A stretch of 64,000 bases of DNA from Planctomycetota bacterium. Its GTDB lineage: Bacteria; Planctomycetota; UBA1135; GCA-002686595. Positions 9,509 to 17,630 of the stretch are shown piece by piece. The stretch is taken from assembly GCA_029259655.1 (NCBI GenBank), contig JAJDET010000264.1, positions 1-64,000 on the forward strand, given 5' to 3'. A program made the translations under genes and the position numbers. Each line of letters starts with the position of its first letter. Position 1 is the stretch's first letter. Below the pieces are notes generated by a model. It did not search any database and was not told the origin of the DNA. It saw only the letters and a program-made list of their open reading frames with translations.

Positions 9509-9889
9509 ATGTTCCGAGGTGGAATCACGACCCTGTATGTCTCCGACTTCGATCGCGCCATCGCGTTCTACACGGAGACGCTGCGTCTGGAGCTCCGGAA
9601 GCGCTACGAGTGCCACTGGGCCGAGATCGTCGCGGGCCAGGATCTCGTCATCGGCTTGCACCCCATCGAAGGGGCGAACGTGGACACGAGCACTCCGGGT
9701 CGCATGAAGATCGGCCTCCACGTCGACGGTTCGCTAGACGAAGCCGTGGAAGCCCTGGGTGCCCGCGGCGTCGTCTTCGACGGACCGATCGTCGAGGACG
9801 GCGGCGCGGTGCGACTGGCGTTCTTCACCGATCCGGACGGCAACCCGCTCTATCTCTTCGAGCTGGTCGAGGCCGCGACGCTCGCCTGA
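9509..9889 (+). CDS. VOC/glyoxalase-family protein (tandem paralog)
   Basis: MFRGGITTLYVSDFDRAIAFYTETLRLEL...GLHPIEG...FFTDPDGNPLYLFE. Confidence 0.8.
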   Translation: MFRGGITTLYVSDFDRAIAFYTETLRLELRKRYECHWAEIVAGQDLVIGLHPIEGANVDTSTPGRMKIGLHVDGSLDEAVEALGARGVVFDGPIVEDGGAVRLAFFTDPDGNPLYLFELVEAATLA

Positions 9890-9983
9890 TCGCACCGTCG
9901 CGCCGTCGTTCCTGCTGATGGGAACGCGTGCGGACCGGAGTCCAGGGTCTCCATGCCGTTCGAGGGCTACAATCGGCGTCGCC

Positions 9984-10580
9984 ATGAGCGCGGTCCGCAG
10001 CCTCTCTCTGGTCATCTCCATCAGCCTTCTTTCCAGCGGATGCCTGGCGCTGGTCAAGGAGTCGTACTACGCGATCCACTCCGACCCCGGTGACGTTCGG
10101 CGTCTGGAGGAGCCCTGGTATCTCGAACGGCGCGGCGCCGAGGTCGCCTCCGCTTCGAGCCTCGTCGGGCTGGACGTCGTCATCTGGGAGCACGCGACCT
10201 ACCCGGTCCTCTCCGGACCGCTGATCGCCTGCGTTCTCCCGGTCGGCGCCGTAGCTTGGATGTGGTACCAACCGTTGGGTCCTGGACCACAGATCTCGTT
10301 CGACGCGCGCGGACCACGGAACGAGCTCTCGATTCGACCCGAGGAGATCCGCCTGCGCCTGACCGATGGAACCCTGGTCTCGCCCTCGGACACCTACATC
10401 GATCGGATGCACTTCCGGACGGCGTTCGAGCTCCCCGGAGAGGAAGAGGAGGAGTTCGAGCTGCTCATCGAAGGGGTATCGATCGACGGAGAGAAAGAGA
10501 CCTTCGGTCCCCTCGCGATCAGGAGAAGGTCCGAGTGGGTATGGACCGTGCTCGACGTCGCGGGAAGGAGCGAGCGATGA
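9984..10580 (+). CDS. hypothetical lipoprotein
   Basis: MSAVRSLSLVISISLLSSGC lipobox. Start chosen downstream of the overlapping VOC gene. Confidence 0.55.
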   Translation: MSAVRSLSLVISISLLSSGCLALVKESYYAIHSDPGDVRRLEEPWYLERRGAEVASASSLVGLDVVIWEHATYPVLSGPLIACVLPVGAVAWMWYQPLGPGPQISFDARGPRNELSIRPEEIRLRLTDGTLVSPSDTYIDRMHFRTAFELPGEEEEEFELLIEGVSIDGEKETFGPLAIRRRSEWVWTVLDVAGRSER

Positions 10581-11182
10581 GATCGCGCTGGATCACGAAG
10601 CTCGTCCTGTGCGCGGCCTCGAGTAGCTGCGTCGCGGTGGGTCGCGAGTACTACTACGAGGTCGATTCTCCAGAGGTCGCCATCTCGTATGCCCCGGGCT
10701 GGGTGTTCGAGCCTCCGCGCCATCGAGTCGAGTCCGGCGAAGCCGTCTTGATGTTCCACGGCGACTACACCCAGGTCCTGATCTCCATGGGGCCGGCCCC
10801 GTTCTTCCCGGTGATCCCCGCATGGCCGCTCAGCCTCTTGTGGTACGCGCCGCTACCGGACGACGCCCTGGAGCTTCACTTCCGTTTGACAGGGCCGGAC
10901 GGGAGAACCGAGGTGCACCCGACGCGGATGGTGCTCCTCCTCGCGGACGGGACTCGCATCTCGCCCGAGACGAATCCGCTCGATCACTACCGGGACGAGT
11001 CCGACGAGATCGATTCACCCAGGCGAGTCTTCGGCTTTCGCACGACCTACGCCCTGCCCGAGAACGCCGGCAAGGAGTTCGAGCTCCTCCCCGAGGGCAT
11101 CTTGATCGACGACCTGGCGCCGGACTTTCCCCGCCTCGTCCTCCGACGCACGGCGGGCTGGAAGTACATCATCCCGGGCTGA
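10577..11182 (+). CDS. hypothetical lipoprotein, paralog of the upstream gene
   Basis: MRSRWITKLVLCAASSSC. Shares a C-terminal region with 9984-10580 (EEEEFELLIEGVSIDGE vs GKEFELLPEGILIDD). ATGA start/stop overlap. Confidence 0.55.
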   Translation: MRSRWITKLVLCAASSSCVAVGREYYYEVDSPEVAISYAPGWVFEPPRHRVESGEAVLMFHGDYTQVLISMGPAPFFPVIPAWPLSLLWYAPLPDDALELHFRLTGPDGRTEVHPTRMVLLLADGTRISPETNPLDHYRDESDEIDSPRRVFGFRTTYALPENAGKEFELLPEGILIDDLAPDFPRLVLRRTAGWKYIIPG

Positions 11183-11383
11183 GGACCACGTGATCGAGCG
11201 AGCCGCCGTCAGGCGGCTCACGTTCGCGTGAAAAGAAATAGAAGAACGATGTGACCTCTCGCGCGATCATGTCGTTATATGAAGTCGATGGCGAAGCAAC
11301 TGCACAACCAGCCCCGGCCCACGTCCTTCTTGGAGGTCGATCCGGCCGGCTGATCCTGGACAGAGGAGCCCGTTCTCCGATGA

Positions 11384-11411
11384 GCCCAGGATCGAGGTCC
11401 TGGGCTTTTTT
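11384..11411 (+). terminator. rho-independent terminator: stem GCCCAGGA/TCCTGGGC, loop tcgagg, then T6
   Basis: Perfect 8-bp GC-rich stem followed by TTTTTT. Confidence 0.6.
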
Positions 11412-11588
11412 CGTTTCGGAGAACGAGCAGAGAGGAACGCGATGCACATCCAGCGGAAACGTACAGAACAAGTGATAGGGAACGATTGGCGCGGGTTCTT
11501 GCCCGTCTGCCCGGTCGACCACCGGCAGTCGTTCAGAGCGAACGGCCTGGAGGATCGCGCACCCTAGCCCTGACTTCCGCGCATCGAC

Positions 11589-11619
11589 GCACGGGAAGCC
11601 CAGGGCACACCAGCCCTGG
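11589..11619 (+). terminator. rho-independent terminator: stem AGCCCAGGGC/GCCCTGGGCT, loop acacca, then T6
   Basis: Perfect 10-bp stem followed by TTTTTT. Near-identical design to the terminator at 11384. Confidence 0.6.
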
Positions 11620-11923
11620 GCTTTTTTCGTGCCCCTCCCGTTCGAGGTGACAAGGCAACAAGGCGGTTCGAACCGTTCGCGGTACCGGTCCGCCCGCACG
11701 ACGATCTGTGACAACCAGGTGAGATCACTAACGAGGCGGTCGACGACCCGTTCGTCGCCGCCCGTAGTTCAACGCCGATCAACGCCCGGGGGCGTGATCG
11801 GCGTGTCGGCCGGGCCGACGGAGAGTGGAGCTGGCTCGAGGGGGAGCTCGCAACGCATCGCGCAATACGCGTCCTCTCCGTCGGCCCGGGCAGTGGGGAG
11901 CCCAAGGGCGCATGGTGCGTGTA

Positions 11924-11998
11924 GTTCAGTGGCGGAGCGGGAGGGTGTGAGCCTCCAGACCAGGGTTCGATTCCCTGCACGCACCCCCATCGCCCGGT
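11924..11998 (+). tRNA. tRNA-His (anticodon GTG) with G-1
   Basis: Manual fold: acceptor GTGCGTG/CACGCAC with an extra 5' G, D-arm GTTC..GAGC, anticodon stem GGAGG/CCTCC with loop GTGTGAG, T-arm CAGGG-TTCGATT-CCCTG. Confidence 0.8.
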
Positions 11999-12015
11999 AG
12001 AACAGGGAGCGGTAG

Positions 12016-12091
12016 CTGAGACGGTGCAAGCGCTGGTTCGAAACACCGGAGACGAGGGTTCGATTCCTTCCCGCTCCGCCCAACAAACGCC
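12016..12091 (+). tRNA. atypical tRNA (best fit tRNA-Phe GAA), possibly a pseudogene
   Basis: Good acceptor GGAGCGG/CCGCTCC and T-arm GAGGG-TTCGATT-CCTTC. D-stem has a mismatch. The only workable anticodon stem is CTGGT/ACCGG with loop TCGAAAC, which places C at position 33. Confidence 0.4.
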
Positions 12092-12098
12092 TCCGTAG

Positions 12099-12174
12099 CT
12101 CAGCCGGCAGAGCAGCGGATTCTTAATCCGAAGGTCGCAGGTTCGATGCCTGCCGGGGGCACCAGCAAAACTCC
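12099..12174 (+). tRNA. tRNA-Lys (anticodon CTT)
   Basis: Acceptor GCCTCCG/CGGGGGC with A73 and CCA. D-arm GCTC..GAGC, anticodon loop TTCTTAA, T-arm GCAGG-TTCGATG-CCTGC. Confidence 0.8.
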
Positions 12175-12193
12175 CTTCCCACTTCCAGGGTGG

Positions 12194-12266
12194 TGTAGCG
12201 GAAGCACGCGAGGCTCTGAACCTCGCAGCCGGGGTTCGAATCCCTGCCCTGGATCCACCACCTCGA
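12194..12266 (+). tRNA. tRNA-Gln (anticodon CTG)
   Basis: U1-A72 acceptor TCCAGGG/CCCTGGA with CCA. Anticodon stem CGAGG/CCTCG with loop CTCTGAA. T-arm CGGGG-TTCGAAT-CCCTG. Confidence 0.8.
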
Positions 12267-12278
12267 TCGGCCCCGTCG

Positions 12279-12326
12279 TCCCGAGACGCGGTTTTCGATT
12301 CCCGTCGGGGTCGCCAGCACCTTCCC
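12279..12326 (+). other. tRNA-derived minihelix: intact acceptor stem plus T-arm and CCA, no D or anticodon arms
   Basis: GGCCCCG...CGGGGTC-G-CCA enclosing a T-arm-like GCGGTTTTCGATTCCCG. Only 30 nt lie between the acceptor halves. Confidence 0.45.
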
Positions 12327-12414
12327 CCTCGACGAAGAGCACTCACGGACGTCGTCCGGCGGCGCGCCCTCCACCCTCGAACGGGTCTCGGGAGGCGTGT
12401 TCCGCGACACGGGT

Positions 12415-12460
12415 TCGACCGGTGTCCGCGAGAGGCACGCTCGAAAGAGCACACGACGGT
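12415..12460 (+). other. tRNA-like remnant: outer stem GCGTG/CACGC enclosing a long hairpin that carries a GGGTTCGACC T-loop-like motif
   Basis: CGCGACAC-GGGTTCGACCG-GTGTCCGCG nested inside GCGTG...CACGC. Confidence 0.35.
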
Positions 12461-12473
12461 GAAACGTGAACTG

Positions 12474-12527
12474 GTAAGGCACGCACTGCGTGCTGGGGTT
12501 CAAATCCCTCCACGGGCCTGGATTGGC
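12474..12527 (+). other. degenerate tRNA-Gln-like remnant with a collapsed anticodon arm
   Basis: GGTAAGGCAC D-region like the intact tRNA-Gln. T-arm TGGGG-TTCAAAT-CCCTC. Anticodon arm reduced to CAC-TGC-GTG. Confidence 0.35.
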
Positions 12528-12877
12528 CCCTCCCCGCGATCCGGGGAAGCAACTCTCCGGTGAACCGGTCGAACCGGCGTCGGTCGGACGGCACGGGTCG
12601 TCCGACGACACCGCTGTAGACACCGCAGCGAGAGGCCTCGCAGTCGCGCAACCTCGAGCCGGCGCACCACGGCCTGACTCGTCCTCGCGCGGGATTCGAG
12701 ATCTCGATCCCGTCCCGATGATGGTCATGTCGCGGAAGACGTCGGCTCGATGGCGCGACTCCGCCGCCCGCGCGGAGGCTCGACCGAGAGTCTCTCCCCC
12801 GGATCGCACCACCAAACACGGCACGGGACGTCCCCGTGCTGCTTCTGTTCCGGCCGCAACGAGAGGAGGTGACGGCC

Positions 12878-14002
12878 ATGTTCTCCCGAGTCCGCATCAA
12901 GCAGAACGAAGTCGGTCTGTGGTTCCGCCACGGCGACTTCAAGAAGTTCCTCGAGCCGGGCGTGTACTTCGTCCCGGGTCGAATCTTCGGATTCGACGAG
13001 GTCGAAGTCTTCGACACGCTGAACGCTCGCTTCGAGCACCCGCTCCTGGACGTTCTCGTCGTGGACGAGGACCTGAAGGCGGAGCTCTTCGTCGTCGACC
13101 TCGTCGACGACGAGCGGGCGTTCGTGTGGAAGGACGGCCGCCTGTTCGACATCCTCGGACCGGGCCGCCACGCGTTCTGGAAGCGACCGTACGACCTCGA
13201 CTTCGAGGTGAAGACGATCGCCGATCCGCTCTTCGAGCACGATCGGATGAACGCGATCCTCCTGCACGCGAAGGCGTCCTACTTCCTGCAGCCGGTCCAC
13301 GTCGAGACCGGTGAGCGTGTGCTCTTCTTCCAGGAAGGTCGCCTCATCGGCACGGTCGACGAGGGCATGACCGTGTTCTGGAAGCAGGTCGCGGGCGTCA
13401 CGTGGAAGATCGTCGATCAGCGCGAGCAGGTCGCCGACGTCGCCGGACAGGAGATCATGACGTCCGACAAAGTCACGCTGCGCGTGAACCTCGTCGCCAC
13501 CTACCAGGTGAAGGACGCCGTGAAAGCCGTTGCCACGGTGGACGACTACGAGCAGGCCCTCTACCGGGAGGCCCAGCTCGCCCTGCGCAAGATCGTCGGT
13601 ACGCGAGCTCTCGACGCCCTCCTGACCGACAAGGAGGCCGTCGGCACCGAGGTCGCCGCCGCGATCGCGAAGCGCGCGACGGAGTTCGGGGTCGCAGTGA
13701 TCAGCGTCGGTCTGCGGGACATCATCCTGCCGGGCGACATGAAGACGATCCTGAACCAGGTCATCGAGGCCGAGAAGCAGGCCGAGGCGAACCTGATCCG
13801 TCGTCGCGAGGAGACCGCGGCCGCGCGCAGCCAGGCGAACACCGCTCGCCTGCTCGCGGCCAACCCGGCCCTCGCTCGCATGAAGGAGCTCGAGGCCGTC
13901 CAGGACATCTTGGCCGGTGCGAAGGCGACCTTCGTGTTCGGCAAGACGGACCTGGTCGGTCAGGTCCGGCAGCTCACCGAAACGAACGGTGAGGAGGATT
14001 GA
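12878..14002 (+). CDS. SPFH/band-7 (stomatin/slipin-like) domain protein
   Basis: Translation TSDKVTLRVNLVATYQVKDAVKAV...ALRKIVGTRALDALLTDKE...IEAEKQAEANLIRRREETAAA is typical SPFH with a coiled-coil tail. Confidence 0.8.
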   Translation: MFSRVRIKQNEVGLWFRHGDFKKFLEPGVYFVPGRIFGFDEVEVFDTLNARFEHPLLDVLVVDEDLKAELFVVDLVDDERAFVWKDGRLFDILGPGRHAFWKRPYDLDFEVKTIADPLFEHDRMNAILLHAKASYFLQPVHVETGERVLFFQEGRLIGTVDEGMTVFWKQVAGVTWKIVDQREQVADVAGQEIMTSDKVTLRVNLVATYQVKDAVKAVATVDDYEQALYREAQLALRKIVGTRALDALLTDKEAVGTEVAAAIAKRATEFGVAVISVGLRDIILPGDMKTILNQVIEAEKQAEANLIRRREETAAARSQANTARLLAANPALARMKELEAVQDILAGAKATFVFGKTDLVGQVRQLTETNGEED

Positions 14003-14003
14003 C

Positions 14004-14037
14004 GACGGGCGCCCCGGTCGCGAACGGGGCGCCCGTC
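14004..14037 (+). terminator. GC-rich hairpin 2 nt after the SPFH stop (13-bp perfect stem, no U-tract)
   Basis: GACGGGCGCCCCG-gtcgcgaa-CGGGGCGCCCGTC. Confidence 0.4.
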
Positions 14038-14328
14038 ATCGTTCGATCCGGACTGCAGCGTGCGCGTCGGGGGAATCTGGAGCCGCTGAATCTACGCGGA
14101 CAATCCGCTACCTAACAAACACCGACCCTCGTATTCCTGCTACGATCCCCCAGAGGCTAGGCGGCATCGTCGCAGCGCTCGAACTCTACGCGGGCCGCAT
14201 CCAGCGGCAATCCGGCCACGAACAGACATTCGAAGAGCGGCCGCGGGTCTCACGCGAGCCGTGGCTACCCGACGCGGCTCGCCCGTCGACAAGCACCTGT
14301 ACATCCGAGACTCCGAAGGGGATCTGCA

Positions 14329-15909
14329 TTGGGCCACGACTACGACGTGATCATCATCGGGAGCGGGTTCGCCGGCTCCATCCTGGCCTCCATCCTCGCC
14401 CGACACGGTGGGAAGGTGGCCGTGATCGACGCGACCTCCCACCCGCGCTACGCGATCGGCGAGTCGACGATCCCCCAGACGTCGCAGATCCTCTCGCTGA
14501 TCTCGCGCAAGTTCGACGTGCCCGAGATCGAGAACATCGGGCTCGGAGCTCCCAAGGGCATCCGCGAGAACATCACCACGAGCTGCGGCATCAAGCGCAC
14601 GTTCGGCTTCGCCTATCACGACCTGGGTCGCGAACACGACCCCCAGCAAGCCCACCAGTTCGGGAACACGTTCCGCGACGAGAACCACCTGTTCCGTCAG
14701 GACATCGATGCCTACCTCGCACAGGTCTCCGTGCGATACGGGGCGGACCTGTTGCTCAACACGCGCGTGCAGGACCTCCAGATCGACGAGGCCGGCGTCA
14801 CGATCACGACATCGACCGGCAAGACCCTGACCGGCCAGTACCTGGTCGACGGCAGCGGCTTCCGCAGCGTGGTCGCCGAGAAGTACGGGCTGCGCGAGGA
14901 CCCCTGCCGCTTCAGACACCGATCGCGCAGCATCTTCACGCACATGATCGACGTGACGCCCTTCGAGGACGTCGTCACCAACCACTGCTCGATCAAGTGG
15001 TCGCAGGGCACGCTCCACCACATCTTTCCGGGCGGCTGGGTCTGGGTGATTCCCTTCAACAACTGGGAGAAGTCCACCAACGACATCATCAGCATCGGTC
15101 TGACGGTCGACCCGGAGATGTACCCCAAGAACCGCGAGATCAGCCCCGAGGAGGAGTTCAGGAACTTCCTCGACGAGCACCTTCCCAGCGCGGCGCTGCA
15201 GTTCCCCAAGGCCAAGGCGGTCCAGACCTGGGTCAGCACCGAACGCTTGCAGTTCTCGTCGTCCAAGAGCGTCGGCACGCGCTTTTGCCTGTTGAGCCAC
15301 GCATCGGGCTTCCTCGACGCGCTCTATTCACGGGGACTCATCAACTCCTGCGAGCTCGTGCGCTCCCTGGCGACCCCGTTGCTGGAAGCGATCAAGGATG
15401 GCGACTGGTCGGATGAGCGCTTCGCGCCGATCGAGGACGTCCACAACCGAGTCCTCGGCTTCGCCGACCGAATCGTCCACTCGTCTTTCGCCTCCTGGAG
15501 CTCCTTCGAGGTCTGGGACTGGGTCGTCCGCATCTGGGCGGTCGCTGTCGGCGTCGCGGAGTCGAACCTGGGCAGCTACCTGATCTCGCGCGATCGCGCC
15601 GACTTCGAGCGGGCAAAGGACCCGCTCTTCTCCGAGTTCGAGCACGCCGGCTTCCGCGCGTTCTTCGAGGCTTCGGAGCCCTTCGTCCTCGACTTCCGTG
15701 ACGGGAAGATCACGGCGAAAGAGGCAGCCGAAGGACTACGAAAGACCATGGAGGCCTACGACTTCCGCATGAAGCTCCCCGACGGAAGCCACTGCACGGA
15801 ATGGGCCATCAAGAACCCGATGACGCGCAACTGGTACATCGGATCGGATGACTGCCGGAAGCGCTGGGAAGCCAAGGAGTCGGACCCGCATCTCATGCAG
15901 CCGGCATAG
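14329..15909 (+). CDS. flavin-dependent halogenase (tryptophan-halogenase family)
   Basis: N-terminal GxGxxG (VIIIGSGFAGS) and the family signature WxWxIP (GGWVWVIPF). TTG start with GAAGGGGA ribosome-binding site. Confidence 0.75.
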   Translation: MGHDYDVIIIGSGFAGSILASILARHGGKVAVIDATSHPRYAIGESTIPQTSQILSLISRKFDVPEIENIGLGAPKGIRENITTSCGIKRTFGFAYHDLGREHDPQQAHQFGNTFRDENHLFRQDIDAYLAQVSVRYGADLLLNTRVQDLQIDEAGVTITTSTGKTLTGQYLVDGSGFRSVVAEKYGLREDPCRFRHRSRSIFTHMIDVTPFEDVVTNHCSIKWSQGTLHHIFPGGWVWVIPFNNWEKSTNDIISIGLTVDPEMYPKNREISPEEEFRNFLDEHLPSAALQFPKAKAVQTWVSTERLQFSSSKSVGTRFCLLSHASGFLDALYSRGLINSCELVRSLATPLLEAIKDGDWSDERFAPIEDVHNRVLGFADRIVHSSFASWSSFEVWDWVVRIWAVAVGVAESNLGSYLISRDRADFERAKDPLFSEFEHAGFRAFFEASEPFVLDFRDGKITAKEAAEGLRKTMEAYDFRMKLPDGSHCTEWAIKNPMTRNWYIGSDDCRKRWEAKESDPHLMQPA

Positions 15910-15964
15910 CAGGAGGCACGAGATCGAAGCGGCCAAGCTGCTTCGATCGTCCGTTCGGCAGTCC

Positions 15965-16348
15965 CTACTCTTCCGCGAGCACGCGCTGGATCGCGAGGAT
16001 GATCTCCGACTTCCCGTAGTCGTGCCCGGGGATCTTCACGCGGACCTCACCGTTCGCGTCGAACCCCACGAGCCCGTGCCGCTGTTCGGCGAAGCCGTAG
16101 GACTCGATCTCGGCGGTGCGCCGGTTCGTCTCCTCGGCCGGGATGACGTTGAAGTCCACATGCCCCTCGTACTCCTTCGCGAGCTCGCCCACGGCGGCCT
16201 CGACTTTCACGCAGAAGGGTCATGTGTCGGCGATCATGAAGTAGCGGATCTCCGGGAGCGCAGCGGGCTCCGCGTCCAGCTTCGAGGCGGCGGACTGGCA
16301 TGCCCCGAGGAGCGCGATCCCGAGCAGGGCGGCGATGGCGGTTCTCAT
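15965..16348 (-). CDS. thioredoxin-fold lipoprotein with an in-frame TGA at the first position of the redox motif (T-U-P-F-C): candidate selenoprotein
   Basis: MRTAIAALLGIALLGACQS...IRYFMIADT-[TGA at 16220-16222]-PFCVKVEAAVGELAKEY... is continuous in one frame. The ORF track splits it at the TGA. Beta1-CxxC-alpha1 thioredoxin architecture. Confidence 0.55.
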
Positions 16349-16417
16349 GCCCAAGAGCCTACACCGACACCCGTCGCGACGTCCGAAGGGGGCGCTTCCT
16401 TAATGTAGTCTCCCCCG

Positions 16418-17617
16418 ATGGCCGCTCCGCTCCCCGCGCGCCTCGCCCTGGCCCTCGGCTCCGTCGCGGTGGTCGTCGGCGTGGGCTGGGTCGTCCTGGC
16501 GCGATCCGAGCCGGACGAGGTACCCACGGTCGAGCTCGTCGACACGCGCCTGGAGCGGGAGAGATTGCACGCGGCTCGCCTGGCCGCAGGCGGCGCGCGC
16601 GAGGTCCCGGACGACCTGGCCGAGCTCGGTCGCGACTTCGCACAGCAATTGCGCGAGCTCGCGAACGAGGAGGTGGTGAACGCTTTCTTCCCGGCCGTGA
16701 CGTCGGCGCTCTACGAGCCCGCCCCTGGCGTGTTCTTCCGCCTGGTTCCCGATACCACGGCCTGGAACGCCTTCGCGGAGCACCCCGACGAAGGCTTCCA
16801 CCGAGCGACGAACGACCGCGGCATGCGGGAGGACGACTCCACGATCGGCGCGGCACCGGACGTCTGCTGGCTCGTGATGGGCGACTCCCACGTCTCCAGC
16901 GTGTGCGGGAACGACGAGTCCTTTCCCAACCTGCTCGAGGCGACCCTCGGCGCGGAGGACCGGGCGCAGAGCGTCCGGGTGTGGAACGTCGCGCACGGCG
17001 CCTACGCCCTCGCGAACTACCTCGGGACCTTCGTCGGGTACGGAGACCTGGAGCCGGACGGCGTCGTCGTGGTGGTGTACGGCGGGAACGACTTCGACCT
17101 CGACCTGTGGCGTTACGTGTACGGGCAGGAGAGTCCACCGAGGATCTCCTACGCGCTGGAGAAGCTCTTCACCGTTCGGCCGAACGGGCGCGGGCTGTTC
17201 GCGCAGGAGATCGTCCAGGCCTGTCGATTCCTCGACGAGCCCGAGCTCGAGGAGACCGCGGCGAACGTCGCGGCGGCGACCTGCATCGAACTCGCGCGGC
17301 AGAGCTCCGAACGCGACGCGGCGTTCCTGGTCGTGTACCTCCCGCCCCCCTCGCGCGGCCAACCCGACCTGTACCGGGAGCTCTTGGAGAACGGCATGGC
17401 GAGGGTCGGAGCGCCAGCCGAGGGCCTCGCGAGCAGCGACCGTGTCGCCGACGCGTTCCTGGCACACCTCGCCGCCCACGGCGTGCGGGCGCTCGACCTG
17501 CGCCCGCGCTTCGCCCGCGAGGAGACGGGCCTCTACTGGAACACCGACCTGCACCTGAACCTCGCGGGCCACGAGGTCGTCGCGGAAGAGACACGCGCCG
17601 CGATCGACGAGCTCTAG
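16418..17617 (+). CDS. SGNH/GDSL-family hydrolase with an N-terminal membrane anchor
   Basis: LVMGDSHV (GDS block), GGND, and DLHLNLAGH (catalytic His) motifs. Confidence 0.7.
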   Translation: MAAPLPARLALALGSVAVVVGVGWVVLARSEPDEVPTVELVDTRLERERLHAARLAAGGAREVPDDLAELGRDFAQQLRELANEEVVNAFFPAVTSALYEPAPGVFFRLVPDTTAWNAFAEHPDEGFHRATNDRGMREDDSTIGAAPDVCWLVMGDSHVSSVCGNDESFPNLLEATLGAEDRAQSVRVWNVAHGAYALANYLGTFVGYGDLEPDGVVVVVYGGNDFDLDLWRYVYGQESPPRISYALEKLFTVRPNGRGLFAQEIVQACRFLDEPELEETAANVAAATCIELARQSSERDAAFLVVYLPPPSRGQPDLYRELLENGMARVGAPAEGLASSDRVADAFLAHLAAHGVRALDLRPRFAREETGLYWNTDLHLNLAGHEVVAEETRAAIDEL

Positions 17618-17630
17618 GATCCGGGACCCG

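Noticed and set aside
11251-11475. 74-aa ORF in the low-GC spacer (11251-11475) and the 27553-27861 ORF
   Set aside because: 11251-11475 spans a terminator hairpin and has no coding signal. 27553-27861 is out of frame relative to the well-supported SelW-like gene.
12016-12091. Possibility that the atypical tRNA is tRNA-Sec (selC), given the two TGA-containing genes
   Set aside because: No TCA anticodon can be placed. It is ~75 nt with a short variable arm and a 7/5 acceptor/T geometry. tRNA-Sec is ~95 nt with an 8/5 geometry and a long variable arm.
15965-16348. Alternative reading of the in-frame TGA as a simple nonsense mutation (pseudogene)
   Set aside because: Not fully excluded, but the stop falls exactly on the first redox Cys of a CxxC motif. 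A second independent gene (27629-27856) has TGA at the equivalent catalytic position of a known selenoprotein family.
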